A stretch of DNA of 64,000 nucleotides from Planctomycetota bacterium (GTDB lineage Bacteria > Planctomycetota > DG-23 > DATKVD01). The DNA lies in NCBI GenBank assembly GCA_037439485.1, contig JBBIVY010000004.1, forward strand, positions 93 through 64,092. The letters run 5' to 3'. Each line of letters begins with the position of its first letter. Position 1 is the first letter of the stretch. A program made the position numbers and the translations under genes. The notes below the pieces were generated by a model, which did not search any database, was not told the origin of the DNA, and worked only from the letters and a program-made list of their open reading frames with translations. Below are positions 18,612 through 27,315 of this stretch, in pieces.

Positions 18612-19214
18612 TTATCGTCTCTTGCCGCCGCCGCGCTTGCCGCCCTTGCCCTCGCGCTCCTCACGCCGCTCGTCGCGACGCTTCTGCTCGAGGGTCTTCG
18701 GGGGCACGCCGGACTCGATGGCGTCGAGCATCTCGAGAGTCTCCAGACGGGCTTCGCCGGCGGACACGCCGCGCCGCGGACCGCCGGGCTTGCCTTCGCG
18801 CGACTTCATCCGGGCCTCGTCGCGCGCTTTTTCCTCGGCTTCCCTCGCCGCCTCGGCCGCCTCCGCCTCGATGCGCTCCTTCTCCGCCTGCGCGACCGCC
18901 GCATGGGAAGCAGCCTCCGCCGCGGCCAGGGCCTGGCGGCGCTGCTCCGCCTTCTCGGCCGAGCGCGCGATCTGGTTGGGACGCACGGGGGCGCGCTGGA
19001 TCTTGCCGGCGTGGATGCACCGCGCGCACACGCCGACGCGGGCGACCTTGCCGTCCAGCACGATCTTCACCGTCTGGATGTTCGGATAGAAGCGGCGCCT
19101 GCTGATTCCGCCCGTGTGCAAGCCGATGCCGCCCTTGTACTTCGGCGAACCGGAACGCGTGATCTGGTTTCCCATGGAAGACGTGCTTCCACAGATGGCG
19201 CAGGATCGACCCAC
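18612..19214 (-). CDS. rpmB: 50S ribosomal protein L28 with a roughly 120-aa charged C-terminal extension
   Basis: GTG 19214 with AAGGAG 6 nt upstream. L28 core CAICGSTSSMGNQITRSG..RRRFYPNIQTVKIVLDGKVARVGVCARCI, followed by an A/E/K/R-rich tail. Confidence 0.8.
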   Translation of the reverse strand: MGRSCAICGSTSSMGNQITRSGSPKYKGGIGLHTGGISRRRFYPNIQTVKIVLDGKVARVGVCARCIHAGKIQRAPVRPNQIARSAEKAEQRRQALAAAEAASHAAVAQAEKERIEAEAAEAAREAEEKARDEARMKSREGKPGGPRRGVSAGEARLETLEMLDAIESGVPPKTLEQKRRDERREEREGKGGKRGGGKRR

Positions 19215-19274
19215 GTGACACTCCTTAACGCTCAAGCCCCAAGACGCGACAGTCTGACCTGACAAGAACGCAAG

Positions 19275-19303
19275 ATATTAGCCGCCGGACGGTGGAAAGT
19301 CAA
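19275..19303 (-). promoter_or_regulatory. sigma70-like promoter for rpmB: TTGACT-N17-TAATAT (minus strand)
   Basis: The reverse complement of 19275-19303 reads TTGACTttccaccgtccggcggcTAATAT, about 55 nt upstream of GTG 19214. Confidence 0.55.
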
Positions 19304-19430
19304 GGCTTTTCCGATCCGCAGGCTGGTTGAGGACCAATCACTCCGTTGGCTACCATATGATGGAGGCGTAACTATTGTGCATACAGCCGCTTGCGTATTA
19401 TGCAGGCTGCCCGGCTGTCGACGGGGCACT

Positions 19431-19649
19431 CCGGGGGATTCTTGCCCCCGGGCCGGTCCATGCGATGGTGGGAATCTCTGCCACAGGCTGTGGCAGAACT
19501 GGTTCCGTCAAAACTCCAACAGGTTGTTGGAGAATCGAGGGCGTCCAGGGAAGCAGGCCCTCGCCCGACCGCGAATTGTCCAGCAACCTGCTGGACAATG
19601 TCGACAATCGGCGCAACGGAATCGGGCGGACACATGGGTCCGCCCCTAC
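19431..19649. other. array of six consecutive stem-loops in a non-coding gap
   Basis: H1 19431-19451 CCGGGGGattcttgCCCCCGG. H2 19478-19496 CTGCCACAggcTGTGGCAG. H3 19514-19532 CTCCAACAggtTGTTGGAG. H4 19537-19562 GAGGGC..GCCCTC. H5 19575-19599 ATTGTCCAGCaacctGCTGGACAAT. H6 19624-19649 class A REP. Confidence 0.7.
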
Positions 19650-19657
19650 ACAAGAGA

Positions 19658-21271
19658 CTACTCCCCATGCTGGAAGGTCAGGTGACGCTTCCAGTTCGCG
19701 TCGTCGAGGTCGGGGTGGTCGGTGCGGCAGTGGACGCCGCGGGTCTCCTCGCGCAGGCGGGCGGCGTGGATGACGAGCTTGGCGACGGTGAGCATGTTCT
19801 GAATCGTCCAGCCGTGGGTGTCGGTGAAGGACTTGTCGAGGACGTAGCCGCACCAGAAGTCGACGTAGTCCTCGGCGGTCTCCAGGTGCGCCTGGTCGCG
19901 TTCGATGCCCGCGGCGCGCCACATGAGGGCGCGGAGCGAATTCTCCACGTCGCCGAGGTCGATGGCCCCGCGCTTGGGCTCTTCGAGGCGCGACGAGATC
20001 GGCAGCGGATGCCCGTTCGATCCGCCGCGGGTGAAGTCCTCTCCGGCCTGAATTCCCGCGCGGGCGCCGAGGACGAGGCCCTCCAGAAGCGAGTTCGATC
20101 CGAGGCGGTTCGCCCCGTGCAGTCCGGAGCAGGCGACCTCGCCCACCGCGAAGAGCCCCGGCACATTCGTTCGGCCGAGGGTGTCGACCTTGACGCCGCC
20201 GATGTAGTAATGCGCGCTCGGGCGGACGGGGATGAGGTCCTTCGTGATGTCGATGTCGAAGGAGAGGCAATCGCGGTAGATCGCCGGGAAACGCCGTCGC
20301 AGGTGATCGGCGTCGAGCCTGCGGACGTCGAGGTAGACGCAGGGGAAGCCGGTCTCCTGGAGTTCGTGGATGATGGCGCGCGAGACGACGTCGCGCGGGG
20401 CCAGCTCGGCGTCGGGGTGATACCTCGGCATGAATCGCTGGCCGGCCTTGTTGACGAGCCAGCCGCCTTCGCCGCGGACGGTTTCGCTGACGAGCGTTCG
20501 CCCGGCGCCCGCGACGTAGAGCGTGGTCGGGTGGAACTGGACGAACTCCAGGTCCTGCACCGTCGCGCCCGCGCGCCAGGCCATCGCGAGGCCGTCGCCC
20601 GTCGCGGTCGGAGGGTTGGTTGTCTCGCGATAGAGCCGGCCGATGCCGCCGGTGGCCAGAATCACGCGCGAGGCCCAGAAGAGCATCAGCCCCTTCGTCG
20701 GGCTGTGGACGAGCGCCCCCGCCGCGCGGCCCTCGGCGGTCAGGAGGTCGATGACGTAGTGGTCCTCGAACAGCTCGATGCCCGGAACGGAGCGTGCCTT
20801 CGCGACGAGCGCGCGGGAGATCTCCGCGCCGGTCGCGTCGCCGTTGGCGTGCAGGATGCGCGCGCAGGAGTGGCCGCCTTCCTTCGTGAACTCCAGGTCC
20901 CCGTCTTTCCGGTCGAAGTTGGCGCCCCACGAGATGAGTTCGTTGACGCGCATCGGGCCTTCGCCCACGATGACGCGCACGGCCTCCTCGTCGCACAGGC
21001 CCACGCCCGTGGCGAGCGTGTCTTTCACGTGCAGTTCGAACGAGTCCTCCGGCGACAGCGCCACGGCGATGCCTCCCTGCGCCTCGGCCGTGTTGGAGTC
21101 GCTCATGGACTTCTTCGCGATGAGCGCCACGCTGCCGTACTCCGCCGCCGCGATCGCCGCGCGCAGGCCGGCCACGCCGCCCCCGATGACGAGGACGTCG
21201 GCAAAGAGATGCGGCAGCGCCCGCGAGTTGAAGGGCGTCAGGTAGCGTCGGACTTCGAGCGGTCTTTTCAC
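19658..21271 (-). CDS. nadB: L-aspartate oxidase
   Basis: DVLVIGGGVAGLRAA FAD motif, SNTAEAQGGIA, HPTTL, RGEGG, GLHGANRLGSNSLLE. Confidence 0.95.
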   Translation of the reverse strand: MKRPLEVRRYLTPFNSRALPHLFADVLVIGGGVAGLRAAIAAAEYGSVALIAKKSMSDSNTAEAQGGIAVALSPEDSFELHVKDTLATGVGLCDEEAVRVIVGEGPMRVNELISWGANFDRKDGDLEFTKEGGHSCARILHANGDATGAEISRALVAKARSVPGIELFEDHYVIDLLTAEGRAAGALVHSPTKGLMLFWASRVILATGGIGRLYRETTNPPTATGDGLAMAWRAGATVQDLEFVQFHPTTLYVAGAGRTLVSETVRGEGGWLVNKAGQRFMPRYHPDAELAPRDVVSRAIIHELQETGFPCVYLDVRRLDADHLRRRFPAIYRDCLSFDIDITKDLIPVRPSAHYYIGGVKVDTLGRTNVPGLFAVGEVACSGLHGANRLGSNSLLEGLVLGARAGIQAGEDFTRGGSNGHPLPISSRLEEPKRGAIDLGDVENSLRALMWRAAGIERDQAHLETAEDYVDFWCGYVLDKSFTDTHGWTIQNMLTVAKLVIHAARLREETRGVHCRTDHPDLDDANWKRHLTFQHGE

Positions 21272-21434
21272 GTCGTTCTCCGGATGAAGGTGAATCTCGT
21301 AATTCTAGCCGATGCCGCGCGAAAGTAAAGTTCCAAGCAGCAAGCTCCGCACGCGAGGAAACGGCAAGCACCGGATTGCGGACGGAGACGCGAAGCCGCT
21401 CTGCCGGGCGGGTGAGGCCCTCGCGAGGTCCGGT

Positions 21435-23180
21435 TCAGCGGCCTGGCTGCGGCTCGGGCTCGGGATGGGTCCTGAGGTACATCTGCCGGCACTCGTTGGT
21501 GATGTAGAGATAGATGCCGGCGCCGACGGTCAGGGCTTCGCGGGCCCCCGGCCCCCCGGCGCTCCATCGGCAGCAGAAATCCTTCGGCAGGTAGATGATC
21601 GCCGGCCGGCCCTGCTCGCTCTCAAGCGCCGCGTATTGCACCTCGGCCTTGGGCGCGACGCCGCCCGACGTCATGCGCTCGAAGATGCGGTGCTTCGCCG
21701 GGAACGCCGCGAGGTCGGCGGCGAAGAGTTCTCTCGCGAGCGCGCGGACGGACGCATCGAACTCCTTCTTCCCGCAGCACGTCTGCGCGAGGATCGTCCC
21801 GCCTCCGGCGACGTAGGCCTTGAGCTTTGCCTTCTCGGCGTCGGAGAAATCGAGCTTCTCGTGGCCGCTGATGTAGAGGATGGGCGTCCGGAGCAGCAGC
21901 TCCCGCGGCGCTTCGAGCGTGACGATGCGCCATTGTACCGCCTGCTGGTAGCAATCCTCGATGAACTCGGCGAGGTGCTTCGCGTCGTAGGGGTCGCAGT
22001 TCCAGTCGCCGGTGCCCGCGCGTTCCAGCTTGTTGATGACGATCGGCTCGAGTCCGCGCGAGAGGAACGCGATGCCGAAGCAGTTCGTGACCTCCGTCGT
22101 GCCGAACATCGAGTCCCACCGGTTGGCCAGGAGGTCCTTCGCCCCCTCGGCGTACCAGTCATGCCCGCCGATGTTGGAGCGGCCCATGAGGATGCCGAGC
22201 CGTTCGAGCGCGTAGAGCCCGTAGGCGTCGGCGGTGACGCCTCCCTCGCCGGTCTCCTTCGTGCTGCCGGTCTTGCCCTTGGGGCCCGCGTTGCCCTCGC
22301 CGCCCTTTTCCCAGTTGTCGGCGAGCCACCTGAGCCCGGCGTCCACGGGCTTCGCGCGGGGGAGGGGCTTGCACTGTTTGTGCCCCTCGACGAGCGCCAT
22401 CTCGATGCACAGTTCGAGCGAGATCGTCCCGGCGAGCGTCATGTTGGCGTAAGGCTGCGGGCGAAGCTGCGGGGCGTAGCCCCATCCGCCGTCGACGGAC
22501 TGGGCCTTCACGTAGTGCTCGGCCGATCGCTCCCAAACCGACCGCGGGACCTGGAAGCCGGATCGCTGGGCGTTGTAGAGCCCGAGGAGCGCGAACTGCG
22601 TGTTGGACTTGTCGCCGCGGAAATCCGCGGTGAGCCGCTGACCCTCCCAGCCGGGCGGGGGGAAGTTAAGGAAGTATCCCCACGTGCCCATCGTCTCGGC
22701 GGTCGGGTGCTGGCTTGTCACGAGCATCGTCGCGTAGGCGTCGATGAGCCGGCGGTAGCGATCCGGGTTCGCCTGCGACGCCTGGTAGAGCACGGTGAGC
22801 GCGAGTCCGGCCGTATAGGTCCGCGGCTCGGGCGCGCGCTGGACGATCCAGGCGATGCCGTCGCGGCAGGCGCTCGTGGCCTTCGTCTGCAACTCGCCTT
22901 TGAGGTGCGGCCGCGCATATTGCAGCGCAAGGACCGCGAGCGCCGTCTGGCCTACGGGATATTGCGGATAGAGGTCGACGAGCGCCTTGTCCGTGGGCCG
23001 GCCGAGGACAAACGACCCGTCCGACTGGCGGCAGGCCAGGAGCAACTGGACCTTGCCGGCGACGGTTTCTCGAATCGCTTCGAGCGACGGGCTCGCGGGC
23101 GGAGCGTCGTCGGCCGGCGCGGGCGCGGCGCAGGCGAAAAGCATCAGGCACGCCGGCACGAGCAGGGCGATCGTTCGCAT
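21435..23180 (-). CDS. exported DUF4159-type protein with an N-terminal prenyltransferase/terpene-cyclase-like alpha-toroid repeat region (paralogue 1)
   Basis: Internal ATG (MRTIALLVPACLMLFACAAP signal peptide) of ORF 21435..23315. QxxDGGWGY-type repeats. C-terminal ILYISGHEKLDF...GGTILAQTCC...CCRW. Confidence 0.8.
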   Translation of the reverse strand: MRTIALLVPACLMLFACAAPAPADDAPPASPSLEAIRETVAGKVQLLLACRQSDGSFVLGRPTDKALVDLYPQYPVGQTALAVLALQYARPHLKGELQTKATSACRDGIAWIVQRAPEPRTYTAGLALTVLYQASQANPDRYRRLIDAYATMLVTSQHPTAETMGTWGYFLNFPPPGWEGQRLTADFRGDKSNTQFALLGLYNAQRSGFQVPRSVWERSAEHYVKAQSVDGGWGYAPQLRPQPYANMTLAGTISLELCIEMALVEGHKQCKPLPRAKPVDAGLRWLADNWEKGGEGNAGPKGKTGSTKETGEGGVTADAYGLYALERLGILMGRSNIGGHDWYAEGAKDLLANRWDSMFGTTEVTNCFGIAFLSRGLEPIVINKLERAGTGDWNCDPYDAKHLAEFIEDCYQQAVQWRIVTLEAPRELLLRTPILYISGHEKLDFSDAEKAKLKAYVAGGGTILAQTCCGKKEFDASVRALARELFAADLAAFPAKHRIFERMTSGGVAPKAEVQYAALESEQGRPAIIYLPKDFCCRWSAGGPGAREALTVGAGIYLYITNECRQMYLRTHPEPEPQPGR

Positions 23181-23190
23181 CGGGATGTCC

Positions 23191-25095
23191 CTACTTTCCG
23201 AACCCCTCCGGCAAGTCGTCCGGGAAGAGCGGTTTCGTCGGAGGCGGCTGCGGCTTCGTCGGCTTCTCGGGCGCCGGCTTCTGGGGCTTCGGTTTTTCGG
23301 GCGGCGGCGCCTCATCCGGATTGCCGTCGTCCGGATTGCCGTCGTCCGGCGGGGCGACCTGGGGAGGCGTCGGCTCCGGCTCCGGCAGCGGCTTCGGCGG
23401 ATCGGGCTTCTTCATCTCGGGATCCGGCGGCAGCGCCGGCTTCTCGCCGGGGTGCGCGGTCTCATACATATTCTTGCACTCGTTGGCCACGAAGAGGTAG
23501 ATGCCCGCCCCGACCGCCAGCGACTCGCGCGCCCCCGTGCCGCCCATGTGCCACCGGCAGCAGCAGTCGTGCGGCAGGAAGATGATCGCCGGGCGTCCCT
23601 GGTCCGCGGCGGCCGCCGTCTCGGAACTGTCGGTCGCGAACAGCACGTCGGGCTTCGGCGTGAGGCCCTTCATCTTCATGCGCTCGAAGATGCGGCTCGA
23701 TGCGGGGAACGGCCGGAACTCCGAGCCGAACGTCTCCTTCGCCAGCGCGCGGATCGAGTCGTCGAACGGCTTGCGCGAGCAGCACGCCTGAGCCAGGATC
23801 GTTCCGCCGTGCTGCACGTAGGTCCTCAGCCGCTCCTTTTCCTGCGGCGTGAATTCGAGCTTGTCATGCCCGCTGATGTAGAGGATCGGCGTCTTCACCA
23901 GCAGCGTCATCGGCGCATCCAGCGTCACGATGCGCCACTGCACGGAGAGCTGGAAGCGGTCCTGCAGGAACTCGGTGAGGTGCTTGACGTCGTACGGGTC
24001 GTTGTTCCAGTCGTTGGCGTTGCCGCGATCGAGCTTGTTGATGATGATCGGCTCGAGCCCCCGGCAGAGGAACGCGATGGCGAAGCAGTAGGACGTCTCG
24101 GGCGTGGCCCAGTACGGGAGCTGTTTCGCGTCGATGATGGCCGCGGCGCCTTCGTTATACCAGTCGTGGCCGCCGATGTTGGCCCGGCCCATCAGGATGC
24201 CCAGCCGCTCCAGCGCGTAGAGGCCGTAGGGGTCCGTGCCGATCTGCTGCGCCTCCCAGTTCGCGGCGATCCAGTTGAGCCCCGCCTCCACCGCCTTCGA
24301 CCTCGGCGGCGCCTTGCATTGCTTGTGCCCCTCGGCGTAAATCATCTCCTCGCAGAGCTGCAGCGATATGGTGCTGGCGATGGTCATGTTCGCGTAAGGC
24401 TTCGGACGCAGCACGGGGATGGTGAGCTTATAGCCCCAGCCGCCGTCCTGCGCCTGGGTCCTCACGTAGTGATCCATCGCGCGCTGCCAGACGATCTTCG
24501 GCACCTGGAACCCCGCGCGCTCCGCGTTGTAGAGACCCAGCAGCGCCACCTGTGTGTTCGAGTTGTCGCCCCACGCCACGTCCGTGTCCGACGCGTCGCG
24601 CGATCCCGCGGGCGCCAGCTTGTAGCCCCACTGTCCCGCCGTGTCGCCCGTCGCGTGCTGGCTCACCGCGAGCATCATTGCGTAGGCGTCGATTGGCTTG
24701 CGATACTTCTCCGGGTTCTCCTGGAAGAACACCGTCGTGACCAGCCCGCCCGAATACGTCATCGCCTCGGGCGTCTGCTGCGACAGCCACGCGATCCCCT
24801 TCTTGATCGCCGTCGCGACGCTCGTCCCCATGTCCCCCTTCATGTGCGGCCGCGCATATTGCAGCGCCATGACCGCCAGCGCCGTCTGGCCCTGCGGAAA
24901 CTGCGAGTACATCCGCGCGTCCTGCCCCGTCGCGTGACCCAGTGCGAAGTGCCCGTCCGCCTCCTGGCAGACCAAGATCTTCTCCACCAGCTTCTCGACC
25001 GCCGACTGGATCTGCTCCTGCGGCACCTCCGCGGCGGCCGCCATCGAGGCACACGCGGCTGAAACCACCAGGAGCGCAGCGATGACAATCCTCAT
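23191..25095 (-). CDS. exported DUF4159-type protein (paralogue 2) with a Pro-rich C-terminal tail
   Basis: Signal peptide MRIVIAALLVVSAACASMAAA. Collinear with paralogue 1 (GQTALAVMALQYARPHMKG, YGLYALERLGILMGRANIGGHDWY, ILYISGHDKLEF, CCRW). Tail contains DDGNPDDGNP, encoded by a direct DNA repeat. Confidence 0.8.
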   Translation of the reverse strand: MRIVIAALLVVSAACASMAAAAEVPQEQIQSAVEKLVEKILVCQEADGHFALGHATGQDARMYSQFPQGQTALAVMALQYARPHMKGDMGTSVATAIKKGIAWLSQQTPEAMTYSGGLVTTVFFQENPEKYRKPIDAYAMMLAVSQHATGDTAGQWGYKLAPAGSRDASDTDVAWGDNSNTQVALLGLYNAERAGFQVPKIVWQRAMDHYVRTQAQDGGWGYKLTIPVLRPKPYANMTIASTISLQLCEEMIYAEGHKQCKAPPRSKAVEAGLNWIAANWEAQQIGTDPYGLYALERLGILMGRANIGGHDWYNEGAAAIIDAKQLPYWATPETSYCFAIAFLCRGLEPIIINKLDRGNANDWNNDPYDVKHLTEFLQDRFQLSVQWRIVTLDAPMTLLVKTPILYISGHDKLEFTPQEKERLRTYVQHGGTILAQACCSRKPFDDSIRALAKETFGSEFRPFPASSRIFERMKMKGLTPKPDVLFATDSSETAAAADQGRPAIIFLPHDCCCRWHMGGTGARESLAVGAGIYLFVANECKNMYETAHPGEKPALPPDPEMKKPDPPKPLPEPEPTPPQVAPPDDGNPDDGNPDEAPPPEKPKPQKPAPEKPTKPQPPPTKPLFPDDLPEGFGK

Positions 25096-25279
25096 GTGGA
25101 CCCTCTGCGTCGCGAGAAGGGAATCCCATGAAAGAATTGTATCCTTGCATCCATCCCGCGCAACAGCAAATTCCGACCCGCGAAGCCGGCCCCGCGATCA
25201 ACGGGCCGGAGACCGCCGATTCCCGTCCTGATAATTAGGCGCTCTAATGGTCGAATGCGTTTTCACGCTAATAATCCCA

Positions 25280-25306
25280 GAATCCAGGGAATCCACTGAA
25301 TCCACG
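25280..25306. repeat. three tandem 9-mers GAATCCAGG GAATCCACT GAATCCACG
   Basis: Read directly, inside an AT-richer 830-bp divergent intergenic region. Confidence 0.7.
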
Positions 25307-25367
25307 AATAATGTGATACTGGTCTTTTCCACCTCCGATTTCTTGCCTGTCGGTCCTCAAAGCCGAT

Positions 25368-25467
25368 GGGTTGAACGTTGAAGGTTGAAGGTTTCAAGCT
25401 GAAGAACCGCGGAAGGGTGCCGTCTCCTGACCCTTGCTTCTAACCTTCAACCTTAGACCTTCAACCC
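25368..25467. repeat. class B low-complexity-armed hairpin (unit about GTTGAAG)
   Basis: Left arm gggttgaacgttgaaggttgaaggtttcaag. About 34-nt spacer. Right arm cttgcttctaaccttcaaccttagaccttcaaccc. Confidence 0.8.
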
Positions 25468-25843
25468 GCAACCGACGTCGCGCCCTTCTATAGTACCCGC
25501 GCCGGCAAATCAATCTTCACTTGACTAAATGTCAAAAACCGCGTTCCTGCTTCGCCAAGGCCGAAAAATTCGCCAAAATCTTTCGCATTTTGCTAAAAAG
25601 ATGTCCTATTATGAGTCAATCTGTCCTCTTTCGTCGCTATCCCAAAACCCTCGAAAACGCACGAAATGAGCCAAACGGCGTTTTTCCTGTACGCCCATGC
25701 GCACGGTCTACTCGGCCTCCATTCGGCGAATCTCCGCGGTCTTCGATGTGTGTTAATTGACTCTCTCCGGCAGCAAGAAGGGTGAAGGCCTGCGAAGCGG
25801 TGAGACTGCCTTCTGATCCCGGCTGCCCGGCGCGGCTTGACGC

Positions 25844-25871
25844 TTGAGTTGCGGCGGATTGCGGGTAGAAT
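25844..25871 (+). promoter_or_regulatory. possible promoter TTGAGT-N16-TAGAAT for the MATE gene
   Basis: Hexamers at 25844-25849 and 25866-25871, about 55 nt upstream of ATG 25927. Confidence 0.35.
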
Positions 25872-25926
25872 CTCCCTTGGCCGGGGGCCTTCCCCGGCCG
25901 GCGGTCTTTCAGGGGGACGGGTTTCA

Positions 25927-27294
25927 ATGGCGGTGCTGGTGGATAGAAGCGTCTCGCGAACTCTCTTCTCGATGGCCTTGCCGATGCTTGCGGGGACGTT
26001 CGCGTGGAACGCCTACGCCCTCACCGACGCCTACTTCGTCAGCCGGCTCGGCACCCTCCCCCTGGCCGCGATGGGGTTCATCTTTCCCGTCATCATGCTC
26101 CTCACCTTCATCGCCGGCGGCCTCGGCGTCGGCGTCACCACGCTCGTGTCGCACGCCATCGGCCGGCACGACCACGAGGACTCGGCCCGCCTCGTCACGC
26201 ACGGCATGGCGCTCGCGGTGACGGTGTCCGTGGCGCTCACCGTCACGGGCTACCTGACGGTGGAGCCGCTCTTCGCGCGGATGGGCGCCGACGAGCGGAC
26301 GCTGCCGCTGATTCATAAATACATGAGCATCTGGTACCTCGGCTGCCTGACGATGGCGCTGCCGATGCTGGGCAACGGCATCCTCATCTCCTGCGGCGAC
26401 TCGAAGACGGCGGGGCGGTTCATGATGCTGGGCGCGCTCCTCAACGCGGCGCTCAACCCGCTCTTCATCTTCGGCGCGCTCGGCCTCCCGGCGATGGGCA
26501 TCGCGGGCTCGGCGCTGGCGACGGTGCTCTCGCAGGCCGTGGCCACGACGTGGCTCATCTACCTCCTGGTCTGGAAGCACCGGCTGCTGTCGCTGCGCGG
26601 GAGGCCATTCGCAGGGCTCGGCGCGTCGGCGCGGCGGATCCTGCGATTCGCGGTGCCGAGCGTGCTGACCATGATGCTGATGCCTATCTCCGCGGGCGTC
26701 ATTACGTGGATCATCAGCCGCTTCGGCGCCGAGGCCGTCGCGGCGGCGGGCGCGGCGGGGCGCATCGAGATGTTCGCGTTCGTTATCCCCATGGCGCTCG
26801 GGATGTCGCTGACGCCCTTCGTGAGCCAGAACTTCGGCGCCGACCGTCTCGATCGCATCCGCGAGGCGCGGAAGACGTCGGTGCGCTTCGCGCTCCTCTA
26901 CGGCGCCGGCACGGCGGTGGTGTTCTTCCTCGCGGCGCCGCTGATGGCGTCGTTCTTCAGCGACGACCCGAAGGTGACGTCGATCCTCGTGTCGTATGTG
27001 CGGATCATCTCGTTCGGCTACGGGATGATGGAGGTGCACCGGTATTCGGGTTTCTTCCTCACCGGCATGCACAAGCCCGCGTCGACCGCCGTGCTCAACG
27101 CGATCCGCGTGATTGCGTTCCTGATTCCGCTCTCGTTCCTCGGCGCGCATTTCCTCGGCGTCCGCGGCGTCTTCGTCGGCCGCCTCGTCACCGACCTCGC
27201 CGTCGGCGCCCTCGGCATCGCCTGGGTCTCCCGCGTCCTCCGCACCGAGGAGCACGAGCAGGTCGAGAGCGTTGAAGCGGGGGAGATCATTTAG
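25927..27294 (+). CDS. MATE-family efflux transporter
   Basis: Internal ATG (MAVLVDRSVSRTLFSMALPMLAG) of ORF 25837..27294. 12-TM-like profile with typical MATE N-terminal motifs. Confidence 0.88.
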   Translation: MAVLVDRSVSRTLFSMALPMLAGTFAWNAYALTDAYFVSRLGTLPLAAMGFIFPVIMLLTFIAGGLGVGVTTLVSHAIGRHDHEDSARLVTHGMALAVTVSVALTVTGYLTVEPLFARMGADERTLPLIHKYMSIWYLGCLTMALPMLGNGILISCGDSKTAGRFMMLGALLNAALNPLFIFGALGLPAMGIAGSALATVLSQAVATTWLIYLLVWKHRLLSLRGRPFAGLGASARRILRFAVPSVLTMMLMPISAGVITWIISRFGAEAVAAAGAAGRIEMFAFVIPMALGMSLTPFVSQNFGADRLDRIREARKTSVRFALLYGAGTAVVFFLAAPLMASFFSDDPKVTSILVSYVRIISFGYGMMEVHRYSGFFLTGMHKPASTAVLNAIRVIAFLIPLSFLGAHFLGVRGVFVGRLVTDLAVGALGIAWVSRVLRTEEHEQVESVEAGEII

Positions 27295-27315
27295 CCGGAC
27301 AGGGAGGACCTACCC

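Noticed and set aside
19537-19562. SRP (4.5S) RNA-like string GUCCAGGGAAGCAGGCC in hairpin H4.
   Set aside because: It only superficially resembles the GGAA-tetraloop/AGCA helix-8 motif. The surrounding conserved helix-8 sequence and the long closing helix of SRP RNA are absent.
25521-25760. 79-aa ORF in the AT-richer intergenic region.
   Set aside because: No Shine-Dalgarno, atypical composition (K/R/C/F/P-rich) and no recognisable fold features. It is more likely non-coding sequence.
25837-25871. TTGACG at 25837 paired with TAGAAT at 25866 as a promoter.
   Set aside because: The spacer would be 23 nt. The overlapping TTGAGT (25844) with a 16-nt spacer was kept instead, at low confidence.
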